Shown here piece after piece: positions 43,656 to 55,268 of a stretch of DNA of 64,000 nucleotides. The stretch covers positions 1,302,001 through 1,366,000 of the forward strand of contig OZ374562.1 of the NCBI GenBank assembly GCA_977862235.1, given 5' to 3'. The notes below the pieces were generated by a model. That model saw nothing but the letters and a program-made list of their open reading frames with translations. It made no database searches and had not been told where the DNA came from. Source of the DNA: Dudresnaya verticillata. Its lineage: Eukaryota. A program made the translations under genes and the position numbers. Position 1 is the first letter of the stretch. The number at the start of each line of letters is the position of its first letter.

Positions 43656-46257
43656 ATGTTCTTGCCGCTCACCGTACTCTCTGCTCTATGCATCAGCCTC
43701 TGCACCGCGCTCAGCCCCACAGGCAACTACTCGCAGGGCCCAATTGTGCTCTCCAACATGGGCACGCTATGGCACCGCGTCGACCTGTCTACACGTACGG
43801 CATACTTGGCGCTGTTTGTCAACGACTCAAGAGCGCTTTCGCTGAGCGCTGCTTCCTGGCTAGGCGTCGGGTTTTCGGAGCCCACCTCTGGGAGCATGCT
43901 GGGTGGGGATGTTGTCACTGCCGAGTTTACTGGCGATGACCTCAAAAAGTGCAAAGTGACGGACCGCTACGTCCCGTTTGTGCCCTTCCCACTGCTCGAG
44001 CCCCCCGGTGCCTTCCCTATCCCAGATGACTGTCAGGAAGATGGGAGCTGGGTTCTTGTCAACTGTGAACGCGACTTTGGCAGTGGCGAGATGCTGCTTG
44101 AGGTCAGTCGCCCACTCGACGCGCATGACACCCAGGACCGCGATATTGTCGAAGGGCAAAACAGTGTCATTTTCGCATACGGCGGAAACTTCGGATATCA
44201 TGGTGGGAACCGTGGGAGCACACAGGTTGTCTTGTATGAAACCGGCGTTGATCCTGATGAGCCTATCCAGGCTGAACCGTCTTTGCCAGATGATGTCGAT
44301 GGATTTATGGACGTGCTCGCAACTAACTACACAGTACCCGACAACAAGGAAACCATCTACGCCTGCACGAGCAAGGTTTTCGAGCTTGAACTTGGTCGGG
44401 ACCGGATGATTATTGCAGCGGAGCACATTATAGATAGTCACATCAATATGGTTCACCATCTGACGGTGTTCGTCTGCAGTGGGGCCGGATATGCCAACAA
44501 GATTAAGACAACGACCGAATGTACTACCGCAGATGGTGCCAACAGCGTCAGCGGGCCCCTTGGAAATCCAGAATCTGGCTGCTCAACGTTTATCTATGCA
44601 TGTAAGTCAACCTCCCATCAGACTCTTGAGAACTTGCTTCTAGTACTTGTTACAGCATTTGAATTGTGTCTGACCCTTCATGAATTCTTCCTCTATCTAA
44701 AAATGCCGTTCCCTTATCTGACAGACGCAAAGGGAATGGGCCGGTTCTTGGTTCCAAGGGAGGCAGGTTTCCGCGTAAAGAAAGATCGCCCCTTTGTCGT
44801 CATGGAGACGCATTATGACAACCCTGAAGACAAGGTAGGTAACATTGATAGTTCCGGTGTCCGTCTATACTACACCGATACAATGCGGGACAATGATGCT
44901 GGTTCCCTGCTAATTGGAGATAGTGTTGTGGCTAGGGCTCCGGATGTTGTAAGAACCGACTTCGAGTATGAGCATTCGTGTCCGTCAGAATGTACTGAGA
45001 GGATGGACGAGAAGATTAACATTTTTGGAAGCTTTCTTCACATGCACACAACAGGTCGGGAGATATATACGAACAAGTTCTCAAAGAATGGCACATACAT
45101 TGAGACTATGAATCAGGTAGGCGGCTTTTTAAAAAGCTACACAACTTCTGAGCGAACGCCTTGTATTCCAACGACTGTTACATTCTGACACTTCGCGAGA
45201 AACATTTATTTCTTCGAACAAACAGGTGAATTTCTGGAGTGACAGCTTTCAGAAATATGTCTTCTTCGACCCTCCACTATCCCTCAGCCCTGGAGAACAG
45301 CTGCAAACTACCTGCGTCTATGATACTTCCAAAAAGCCAGGAACAATCTTTGGGCTTGAAACGAAGGATGAGATGTGCATGGACTTCGTCGGATACTGGC
45401 CACTGCAAGTGGAGGTAAGCACCAATACTGAGATCAACATATGCTCGTATGGGAGGCAAGACAACATGACGTTTACATTTTGCGGGGACAATGCTAATCT
45501 CAGCAACAACTCTGTCATCTTATCGCAAAACCCGAAGTTCAGTGATACGAAAGGGGCACTAACCACATTTGGAGACGACGTGGACACATGTTCTACACCG
45601 AGCTCTCCAGTGCAACCGACTTCCATGCCCCAACCGACGAGGACATCCAGTCCCACTGCGACTGGTGCGCCAACCCTGTCTCCAGTAACGACTCCGGTTC
45701 AGTCAAGCGGCTCCCCTGCATCCTCCGCGGCTCCACCAAATGAAGATGATGAGAATACGTGCTTCCCGGCAGATGCTTCGGTGCGACTCAAGGACGGGTC
45801 GTCGAAACGGATGGATGAACTTGAAATTGGGGATGAGGTCCAAGTCAGTCGTGAGATGTTCTCTGAAGTATTCATGTTCACTCATCGGGATCACCACATC
45901 ATGTATAGCTTCGTGCTGCTGGAAACAAGGGAAGGAATATCTCTGCAACTGACTCGAGGTCACTATTTGTACCTTAACAGCAAACTTTCAATGGCCGACA
46001 CAGCTATGGTTGGCGATGTTCTGACGCTTGCTGACGGCAATTCGTTGGCAATATCGAATGTGTCGGTTCTACTATCTCGAGGTCTTTTCAACCCGCAAAC
46101 AATCCATGGAGACATTGTTGTGAATGGAGTCACAACATCCACTTACACACGGTCAATTGCTCCCAACATTGCACATGGGCTACTCGCACCAGTGAGGTTC
46201 GCCTATCGCCTGTTTAGCGTTGATAATCTACGTCCGTACTGTAGTAGAGCCCAATAA
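43656..46257 (+). CDS. Secreted DOMON + copper type II ascorbate-dependent monooxygenase (DBH/MOXD1-like) fused to a C-terminal Hint/Hog domain; exons 43656-44601, 44725-45116, 45226-46257 (789 aa)
   Basis: Signal peptide MFLPLTVLSALCISLCTA; DOMON WLGVGF...GSMLGGDVV; Cu-site motifs VHHL, ETHYDNP, LHMH, DEMC; S/T/P-rich linker; Hint CFPADA..MDELEIGDEV..LTRGH..GLFNPQTIHGDIVVNGV; introns GTAAGT..ACAG (123 nt) and GTAGGC..ACAG (109 nt, branch-like CTGAC) keep the frame. Confidence 0.9.
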
Positions 46258-47025
46258 TTGCAACAGGATGAGAAACTGTTCGAATGGCCATCCCAGCTGG
46301 GGTCTTGTCTCGAGATAGAGATCGGGTAACCATATTTCAATAACTCATTCAAAGCGGTATCGTCTTAGACATGTAAAAGGCCACAAAAGAAAGGTCTATA
46401 CCCCAACGAGTTTTTGCGAGAGACTGGTCCCATTTACTAAGCCCGAAATAGGCAACATTGCAGTCGCCAGGGTTTGTACAACTGTGAGGCTTCAGGCTTC
46501 AGTGAGGAGTAGTGGGCAGATCTACTCGCTGCCCGACTGCATTTGCCGAACACTGTGAACCAAGTCCGTCTGGAGAAAGACTGCATGATGACCTCACTGC
46601 CCTGTGAATGAGCGTCGGTGACACATCTAAAAACGTGTGTCGGTGATGCTTCATAGAGAAGAAACAAAAGTTTCAAAACTGCGAGTGAGTCGCAAGCAAA
46701 TCTGCTTGCAATTTCCTCTGCTTCTGTTCGCCACCCTGAAACTCTACGATTCGGACGGTCGCTCCAACACCTTCAAACCAATAATTCTATCCGCATTCCT
46801 CTTTATATCGCCTTCAAGATCGACCCTCTTATTTCTAGGCAGTCTAAGGCTTCGTCAATCGCCGTCAACGACTCCTCTGCCTTCACCACTGCATTTGCCT
46901 CGTCCCTGCTCCAATCCTTTACCGCCATCCACCGCTGGTAACGCTTCCCGGCCGCGCGCTTACGTCGATGTAGTTTTGCGCTCCATGTTCACCCTCTCTA
47001 GATCTCTCTTAACTCGCACGAGATC

Positions 47026-48387
47026 CTAAAGCTTCTCAGCAACAGCGGCTCCCAGGATTCTCTTCTTCTCCAGTTTGGCAATTGACCGTGCACACGTGTT
47101 GTCGAAGACCGCGAACTTCTCGTCCTTGTTGACCACCTCGTCGACGACGAGTGTGCAGCATTGACCCGGATTGACCTTGAGCTTAAACCACATCCAGCCC
47201 AGGAAGTGTGGACTGCTTGGATCGAGCACAATGCCGAATCCTTTCTTCCTGATATCGCGCACATCTTCGAAGAAGGTGGCGGTGAGGTCGATTTGCCAAC
47301 GCGATTGTTGCAGCTATGATAGCCGACGTTCATTTACACTTTGACGCTCTCTTTGTTGTGTATGACGTACCGAAAAGAGCCATGCCACTTGAATCTGGCG
47401 ACGAGCTTCTTGTCCAGCATCTCGCAAGAGAGCAAATCGCCCATGTGCGACGATTTTATCTCCTTGACCGCGCAGCCAGATGCGTGTGAGAATGTGGAGA
47501 TCTTCTGCTGGCCGATTTGCAAGTCGCCGACAAATATCGGGATGCAGCCGTCCTTGTGCATGTAAACACCCATATCAGGCTCCAGAACAACATCATCAGT
47601 AATGTTCTTGACGACGATGCCGTGCCTGGCGAAGTTTTCCTTGTCCCCGGAACTGCCAGTCTGCATAATGCCGCCCACGCAAAGTTTGCCTAACAGCAGG
47701 ACCCTGGTGGTCTCATCTTCCTTGATTGAGACTGGTTTCAAGATCTCGCGCAAGGAAGAGAATCTCCCTTGCTGTGCCAGTATCCGTCACAGATACTGGC
47801 CCAACGCGGCTAGAATCCCAGTCAGCCGCATCGCTATTGGTACCACTATCACTGTCCGAGCTGTCGGACCTGCCTGTAGAGCCTCGCCGGCGCGAGCGAG
47901 GCAACGACGACAAACTGGAGTTGTCCGACGGCTTGCAATCATAGGCATTCAGGACACGGTTATTGCGGAATATGCCTGCGTTCAGGGAGCACCAGACGCG
48001 GTGCAGGTCGTACGGCAACGGGTTATGGAAAACGGCAAAGCAGGAAATACGAACGCTAGGGTTTCTTCCAGTCTCCGGGGTGTCATTGTCATCCTTGAGG
48101 GTGTACATCGATGTCGTAGGGCGCTCTATACAGACTGATGCGTTTAAAAACAGCAGTGGTGATGCCATCGCCCTCGCAGGACGTGCGCATGACCATTGTG
48201 CTGTACCATTGAAGAGCTTTGCGCATTCGCGGGAAGCCGGCATTAATAAAATGTTTATTGCACAGTACCGCAGTACCCGCTGGATGAGCAGTATTCCTGA
48301 AAGCTTGTGCAGAGGACTGTCACAGACTGACTTCGTTGCTTCGGCGACATTATGTTGTGAAGACACTCGGAAGGTATTCGGGTGCAT
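47026..48387 (-). pseudogene. Probable degenerate gene of unknown function
   Basis: Adjacent/overlapping minus-strand ORFs 47713-48387, 47334-47753, 46998-47333, 47026-47262 with protein-like composition, separated by a stop and frameshifts; no family recognised. Confidence 0.35.
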
Positions 48388-50604
48388 CGGGTTTGTCGTG
48401 CCGTCGTTCTACTGTGCAGGAGTTCGTCACGTGTAGCTCAAAACTGTAAAAAGGCATAGTCCTACATATAGCATGTAAGCTGTGGAGATGCCGCTCTTCC
48501 ATGGAAGCCAAAACATTGATTTTTAAAGTAATTAAGCCCTCTTCAAGGTGTAAGAGATGCTGCAATCTTGGTGAGTAATTTGTTATTCGCATTTGTTACG
48601 GGACGATATCTGAGAAGGTGCAAGAATAGTAGTAGGCCTTCCTGCAGAGTGCGGAGGGCTGAAGCTCCGTTTTTGTTTAAATAGGAGCTCTTAAAGTTAG
48701 GAAGATTGGCGAATGTTGGCTCCAACTGCACAAAACCACACACTTGTGAGTTGGGTAAACGCAAGTGATTGTTTTTTTGTTCATCGAAGACGTGATGGTG
48801 ACATGGTCGAACATAGAAAAGAAAGTCGATCATCACGAGCATGCCTCATCGGTATTTTCTTTTTGTAGTTTGCTCTTAGCGAATGCTTTCTTACAGCAAA
48901 GTTTTTGTTCAAAAGTGTTTTGAGCAACAACTGGGCTCAAGTTGTTGCCTCAAAGCTCAGCCAAATAACGTTGTTTCCCAAAAGAATTTAAAGTCGACAG
49001 CTATTGTCGAAGTATTACTGTGTACTGCCTTTTCTCTTTTGCGTTTGTCAAGCAAGATTCACAATGAGCGCGGAACCTTGCCTCTGCGCACTATAGATTC
49101 TGCAGCGTGTGAAAGAGGCAATTCTAGGAGTGCAAGTAGTCTAACATAAGAAACGAAGTTCCTCGCTGCGCTTGAAGTGTCAGACAGCGCAGAGCGTTGA
49201 AGCGTCAGGCAGCGCGGAACTCCCCCCTGTATCTCCCCGGCACTCAGTGCGGCCTGCATCTCGGCAAAGCCACAGGGGATCATTCCTACCTGGCGCAGGC
49301 ACCGGCCGCGACGGGCGTGTCCACCGCTTCCCACCAGCACTACTCCTGTCGGACCACCAAGATCGGAAACTGGCAGTTCGGTGGCACCTCGGCACGTTCC
49401 CGATACCCCCCAGAAGCCCATCCAAGCGCGCTGCCCTCCGCCAACCCGCTGCTACTCTACACAAGCTCGCGCTACGCGTACCCACCCCTCAAGATCTCAA
49501 AGAAATAACGGAAGCCATCTACCTGATCCGAGCGGCCTGCCAAGAAGAATTCCCTCTTCCCCTCCCGCACGAGCACTCGACATCGCCTCAATATACCACA
49601 GCCCGAAAGTGTGTGCCTGCAAATGGGCCATTGCCGCCCGCGCAGGACGACTCAAAACAAAACACCAATAAATCAAACTTCACGTCTGTAGCTATTGACA
49701 TAGCACGGCTCGCGCCGTCCGAACAATGGGGGTGGGAACAAAGCCGTCCCGTTGGACCGGACCGCCGCCTCGTGCCCTCGCCCCAATCAACTGCAACATC
49801 CGCTAGGGGTGTGGATAGAAAGACGTTTGCACCGTGCGAGAAGCGAGGGACCCGGACTGGGAGCGAACCGACTTTGGAAATCCATCCTTCGAAGCTTGGC
49901 GTAACAGTGGGAAGGCGGGGACAGCTCCACCGCTACCTTTGTGCTGTTGTTGCAACTGCCACAGCACATCACCAGAGAGAAGACGATAGTAGTGCTCTTC
50001 GTCTCAACCCCTACGAACGCCATTACTAATAATTACTAATTACTAATTAGCAGAGATAATTGCCTCTCTCAATTGATCTGGTGAGTCATCTGCTCATTGG
50101 TTGATATGTTCAAGTGCGGCATTTTGGATTACGTCTCGACGAAAGTCTTAGATGGGTTTCCGAGGTTCATGAAGGCCTATGACAGCCTATAGCTGTCATG
50201 GACATTTCAGAGGTCGTTGAGTGGTACAAGAAGCATCCGATTTCGAATGTCACAGTGTACGGTCTACGTTGGTATCTGCGGAGAAGGTGACGAGAGAGGA
50301 GATCAGATGGAGCTCGTAGGGTCACGACGAGGGGCAAAAGCCCTTACGAATCTCCAGTTGAGATTTTTTTACAATAAGACCAGCTGAAGAGTGCAACGGT
50401 GATAAGCAATTTTATGGAGAACACTTGTTGTTTGTAGCACTCTGAAGCGTCTATTTTCTCCAATGACAGCATGCATCCCTAAGGATCACCCCATGGCAGT
50501 GGTGGTCACCAATAGCAAGCTTTACTCTTCATATCCACTATGTACCATTAGGCTACTCTGTTTGGACATAGTAGCATATTTCGTTCCACCATTAGCGCTG
50601 ATCC

Positions 50605-51321
50605 CTAAGACCAATCCAGATTCTTGAACTTCGTACGTGCATAGGCACTGCTGCTGCTCGGGTTGTTGATATACACTCCTGCCTTAAAATAGCAGGAGTA
50701 TGAATTCCAAAACGACATGCTTGCCTCGTTTAACACCTGTGTCCCGGCGATCCAAACACTCACCTTCTTGTTCTTCACCCTGATCTTGTAGGACTTCGTT
50801 CCGGTGCTCCTCTGTGCCAGGAATTTCTTATTCACGTCATTGCTACCCAGTCCGTCTCTCAGATTTGAAATGATAGCATCGGTGTAGGTCTTACTGCCCT
50901 GTTTGTAAGACTTCCTCCAGCTGATTCGTAGAGCTGGGGCAGCACCACAGTGTACTTGCAGGAATGTGATTTCATTCATCTGTGAGACAGGCACTGGGAG
51001 GGCAATGTCTGCGTGGAGAGTATTGGATGACGAGACGGACCATGCAGCATTATCACCATTGGTCTTCATTTCGCGGAGTTCAGAGCGCTTTGAAGATCCC
51101 TTCATTTTGAATTGCATGTAGGAGCCACCTTGAAGGTAGAAGAACCAGTCTGAGTAACCAAAAAGGTTAGATGCGGCGGTATTGGAGCCCGGGGCTTGGA
51201 GTTTGGCTCTTGCAAGCACTGGATGAAACTTTGAGAGAGTCGAAGGTGCGGTGTAGGCCATGGATAAGGAGAAAAGAGCAAAGCTCCAGAATACTGTGAA
51301 GGGTGAGAGTTGACAAGACAT
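50605..51321 (-). CDS. Secreted PL7 polysaccharide lyase (alginate lyase-like), copy 1
   Basis: Signal peptide; PL7 motifs RSELRE, QVH, YFKAGVY; single-exon 238 aa. Confidence 0.9.
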   Translation of the reverse strand: MSCQLSPFTVFWSFALFSLSMAYTAPSTLSKFHPVLARAKLQAPGSNTAASNLFGYSDWFFYLQGGSYMQFKMKGSSKRSELREMKTNGDNAAWSVSSSNTLHADIALPVPVSQMNEITFLQVHCGAAPALRISWRKSYKQGSKTYTDAIISNLRDGLGSNDVNKKFLAQRSTGTKSYKIRVKNKKVSVWIAGTQVLNEASMSFWNSYSCYFKAGVYINNPSSSSAYARTKFKNLDWS

Positions 51322-54300
51322 TTTGCAGAGAGTAAACTGTCTAAAGCGTTCGAGATGGGATGTTGGTGGTGAGGTCTGTCGCAGTTGCTCGTGTGCGTCT
51401 TGGAGTCGTATAAATACCCTTTCTTATCCAGCATCTTTGCACGAACGGTACTGCTTTTGCCCTTGATCCCATGAAAAGTATGCAAGCCAGCCCGTGGATG
51501 GTTTCGAGATCATGCGATAGCTATCTCCTATTGATGCCTTGTCTTTTGACAGGCACTCGTGATTACATGCTTCGAGCAAATTGCATTGTTCAGCTACAGG
51601 ACTCCGTTCGGACAGCAAGGTGTTATGGAGCTTTTGACAGTCAGACAGTCAGAGATGCGATTGACGGTAGCAGTCACTCAGGAAAGCTTTCGGATGGAGC
51701 GATGGCCGCTGCTCATAAACACCATAGCTATGCTCGCAGGGCTTATATTTCACCTCTCTCATATAAAAGAACGAAACATCTGTTCGCTTCTTGAGAGCGA
51801 CCACCATCAACCATGTGCAATCCGAACACCCATGTTTCGAGAGCGATTCTTCTCTATGGTACAAAAACTCATAGAAACTGTAGCACAACTACCATTGCAG
51901 AAGCCGTGATACGTTGCTGAGATGCGAGGTTAGGGAAGGAGTACGCGCTGTCAACTCTAAACCTCCTTGACAGCGTTCTTTGAATATTTCTGGACGACCA
52001 AGAAGCTCATGCTTGAAAGCATCTCGCGTGCTTCTTGATATTTTTCTTTCACATGGCACGTGTTGTTCCTCTTGCAATCCAGACCTTCAACGGAATTTGT
52101 GGCGCCCAGAACGGGAAGATTCGAATCTGAAAATGTGTCATTCAAGTACCCGGTCAGGGTTGCGCGTACGATACCAAACGAGCCAATTACTGCATAATGC
52201 TGAGAACCCAACAGGATTGATGCGCGTTTGAACCCAGTTGGAGCTAACAGATTTCGTAACTGATGCTGTAACTTAGATAGTGACATTGCAAAACGCCTCC
52301 CTAGGGAGGTGTCCTGTGAATTTGAAGGCGGATTGGGGGAGGCGCTTCTTGGAAATATCTCTCAGATATTCCAAATCGAGAGATATCTGGAGATTCTGGC
52401 CAACCACGCAACCGAAGCACTTGAGCTACGCCACACTACCACACGCCCTATTCGTGCAAGATACACAGAACTCCCACATCTGCCCCATACGCGGCCAGAT
52501 AACCGCCAGAAATGTGCAGTGCATCACCCGGTGGGTTGGGGCTTGAAGCGTACCAAGATTGTGTCTCACTGGCAGTCAGCGTTACGGTCCTCGCGTGGTC
52601 CTGTCGGGGAGGCCCCCGGCGGGTGATGGATGTCGTGGCATGCTGTGTGCGGGTTGATGGCGAGGTGTGGCTTGATGGAAAGGGCAGGGGACGGGAGCGA
52701 GACGGATGGGGTGGCGGCGGTGGGCCGGGGGTCACAGATGTGTAGTTGGCGCAAAGCGAGCATCACGTCCTGCTTCGGCACCGTGAAGTGCAGCGTAGCC
52801 AGACCGGATACCGACGCACGTAAGGTCACACGCACCTGCCCATGGCAGTTGAGGTCGATGCGATGCGGCGCGAGCGTGGTGCTATCGCATGGGGTCGGGG
52901 TGGAGTCTATGTCGCACTCCATTGCGAAAGTGGGACGGCTGAGGTGCTGGTGCCCGGCTGGGGAGGATGGTACGCGGTACGGTACGTGTTGAGGTTGGGA
53001 AAGACGGTCTCTACTACCGCGATTTTGATTTCAAATCCATGGGCAATTCGTTAGGGTAAACCCTGAAAGTCCAGGAGTGCAAGTAGTCTAACATAAGAAA
53101 CGAAGTTCCTCGCTGCGCTTGAAGTGTCAGACAGCGCAGAGCGTTGAAGCGTCAGGCAGCGCGGAACTCCCCCCTGTATCTCCCCGGCACTCAGTGCGGC
53201 CTGCATCTCGGCAAAGCCACAGGGGATCATTCCTACCTGGCGCAGGCACCGGCCGCGACGGGCGTGTCCACCGCTTCCCACCAGCACTACTCCTGTCGGA
53301 CCACCAAGATCGGAAACTGGCAGTTCGGTGGCACCTCGGCACGTTCCCGATACCCCCCAGAAGCCCATCCAAGCGCGCTGCCCTCCGCCAACCCGCTGCT
53401 ACTCTACACAAGCTCGCGCTACGCGTACCCACCCCTCAAGATCTCAAAGAAATAACGGAAGCCATCTACCTGATCCGAGCGGCCTGCCAAGAAGAATTCC
53501 CTCTTCCCCTCCCGCACGAGCACTCGACATCGCCTCAATATACCACAGCCCGAAAGTGTGTGCCTGCAAATGGGCCATTGCCGCCCGCGCAGGACGACTC
53601 AAAACAAAACACCAATAAATCAAACTTCACGTCTGTAGCTATTGACATAGCACGGCTCGCGCCGTCCGAACAATGGGGGTGGGAACAAAGCCGTCCCGTT
53701 GGACCGGACCGCCGCCTCGTGCCCTCGCCCCAATCAACTGCAACATCCGCTAGGGGTGTGGATAGAAAGACGTTTGCACCGTGCGAGAAGCGAGGGACCC
53801 GGACTGGGAGCGAACCGACTTTGGAAATCCATCCTTCGAAGCTTGGCGTAACAGTGGGAAGGCGGGGACAGCTCCACCGCTACCTTTGTGCTGTTGTTGC
53901 AACTGCCACAGCACATCACCAGAGAGAAGACGATAGTAGTGCTCTTCGTCTCAACCCCTACGAACGCCATTACTAATAATTACTAATTACTAATTAGCAG
54001 AGATAATTGCCTCTCTCAATTGATCTGGTGAGTCATCTGCTCATTGGTTGATATGTTCAAGTGCGGCATTTTGGATTACGTCTCGACGAAAGTCTTAGAT
54101 GGGTTTCCGAGGTTCATGAAGGCCTATGACAGCCTATAGCTGTCATGGACATTTCAGAGGTCGTTGAGTGGTACAAGAAGCATCCGATTTCGAATGTCAC
54201 AGTGTACGGTCTACGTTGGTATCTGCGGAGAAGGTGACGAGAGAGGAGATCAGATGGAGCTCGTAGGGTCACGACGAGGGGCAAAAGCCCTTACGAATCT

Positions 54301-54551
54301 CCAGTTGAGATTTTTTTACAATAAGACCAGCTGAAGAGTGCAACGGTGATAAGCAATTTTATGGAGAACACTTGTTGTTTGTAGCACTCTGAAGCGTCTA
54401 TTTTCTCCAATGACAGCATGCATCCCTAAGGATCACCCCATGGCAGTGGTGGTCACCAATAGCAAGCTTTACTCTTCATATCCACTATGTACCATTAGGC
54501 TACTCTGTTTGGACATAGTAGCATATTTCGTTCCACCATTAGCGCTGATCC

Positions 54552-55268
54552 CTAAGACCAATCCAGATTCTTGAACTTCGTACGTGCATAGGCACTGCTG
54601 CTGCTCGGGTTGTTGATATACACTCCTGCCTTAAAATAGCAGGAGTATGAATTCCAAAACGACATGCTTGCCTCGTTTAACACCTGTGTCCCGGCGATCC
54701 AAACACTCACCTTCTTGTTCTTCACCCTGATCTTGTAGGACTTCGTTCCGGTGCTCCTCTGTGCCAGGAATTTCTTATTCACGTCATTGCTACCCAGTCC
54801 GTCTCTCAGATTTGAAATGATAGCATCGGTGTAGGTCTTACTGCCCTGTTTGTAAGACTTCCTCCAGCTGATTCGTAGAGCTGGGGCAGCACCACAGTGT
54901 ACTTGCAGGAATGTGATTTCATTCATCTGTGAGACAGGCACTGGGAGGGCAATGTCTGCGTGGAGAGTATTGGATGACGAGACGGACCATGCAGCATTAT
55001 CACCATTGGTCTTCATTTCGCGGAGTTCAGAGCGCTTTGAAGATCCCTTCATTTTGAATTGCATGTAGGAGCCACCTTGAAGGTAGAAGAACCAGTCTGA
55101 GTAACCAAAAAGGTTAGATGCGGCGGTATTGGAGCCCGGGGCTTGGAGTTTGGCTCTTGCAAGCACTGGATGAAACTTTGAGAGAGTCGAAGGTGCGGTG
55201 TAGGCCATGGATAAGGAGAAAAGAGCAAAGCTCCAGAATACTGTGAAGGGTGAGAGTTGACAAGACAT
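54552..55268 (-). CDS. Secreted PL7 polysaccharide lyase, copy 2
   Basis: Protein identical to copy 1. Confidence 0.9.
   Translation of the reverse strand: MSCQLSPFTVFWSFALFSLSMAYTAPSTLSKFHPVLARAKLQAPGSNTAASNLFGYSDWFFYLQGGSYMQFKMKGSSKRSELREMKTNGDNAAWSVSSSNTLHADIALPVPVSQMNEITFLQVHCGAAPALRISWRKSYKQGSKTYTDAIISNLRDGLGSNDVNKKFLAQRSTGTKSYKIRVKNKKVSVWIAGTQVLNEASMSFWNSYSCYFKAGVYINNPSSSSAYARTKFKNLDWS

Noticed and set aside
45760..46257. Intein or mobile homing element
   Set aside because: No endonuclease, no C-terminal HN plus extein nucleophile; C-terminal position and tail fit a Hog-type Hint
49172..50029. 285-aa plus-strand ORF in each repeat unit
   Set aside because: Non-ATG start, Pro/Arg/Ala-rich with no recognisable motif; identity among copies only reflects recent duplication
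50022..50050. (ATTACTA)n micro-repeat
   Set aside because: About four short imperfect copies; no evidence of function
52280..52992. Cluster of short overlapping ORFs in the GC-rich end of each unit
   Set aside because: No motif or consistent frame; could be a gene fragment but cannot be supported
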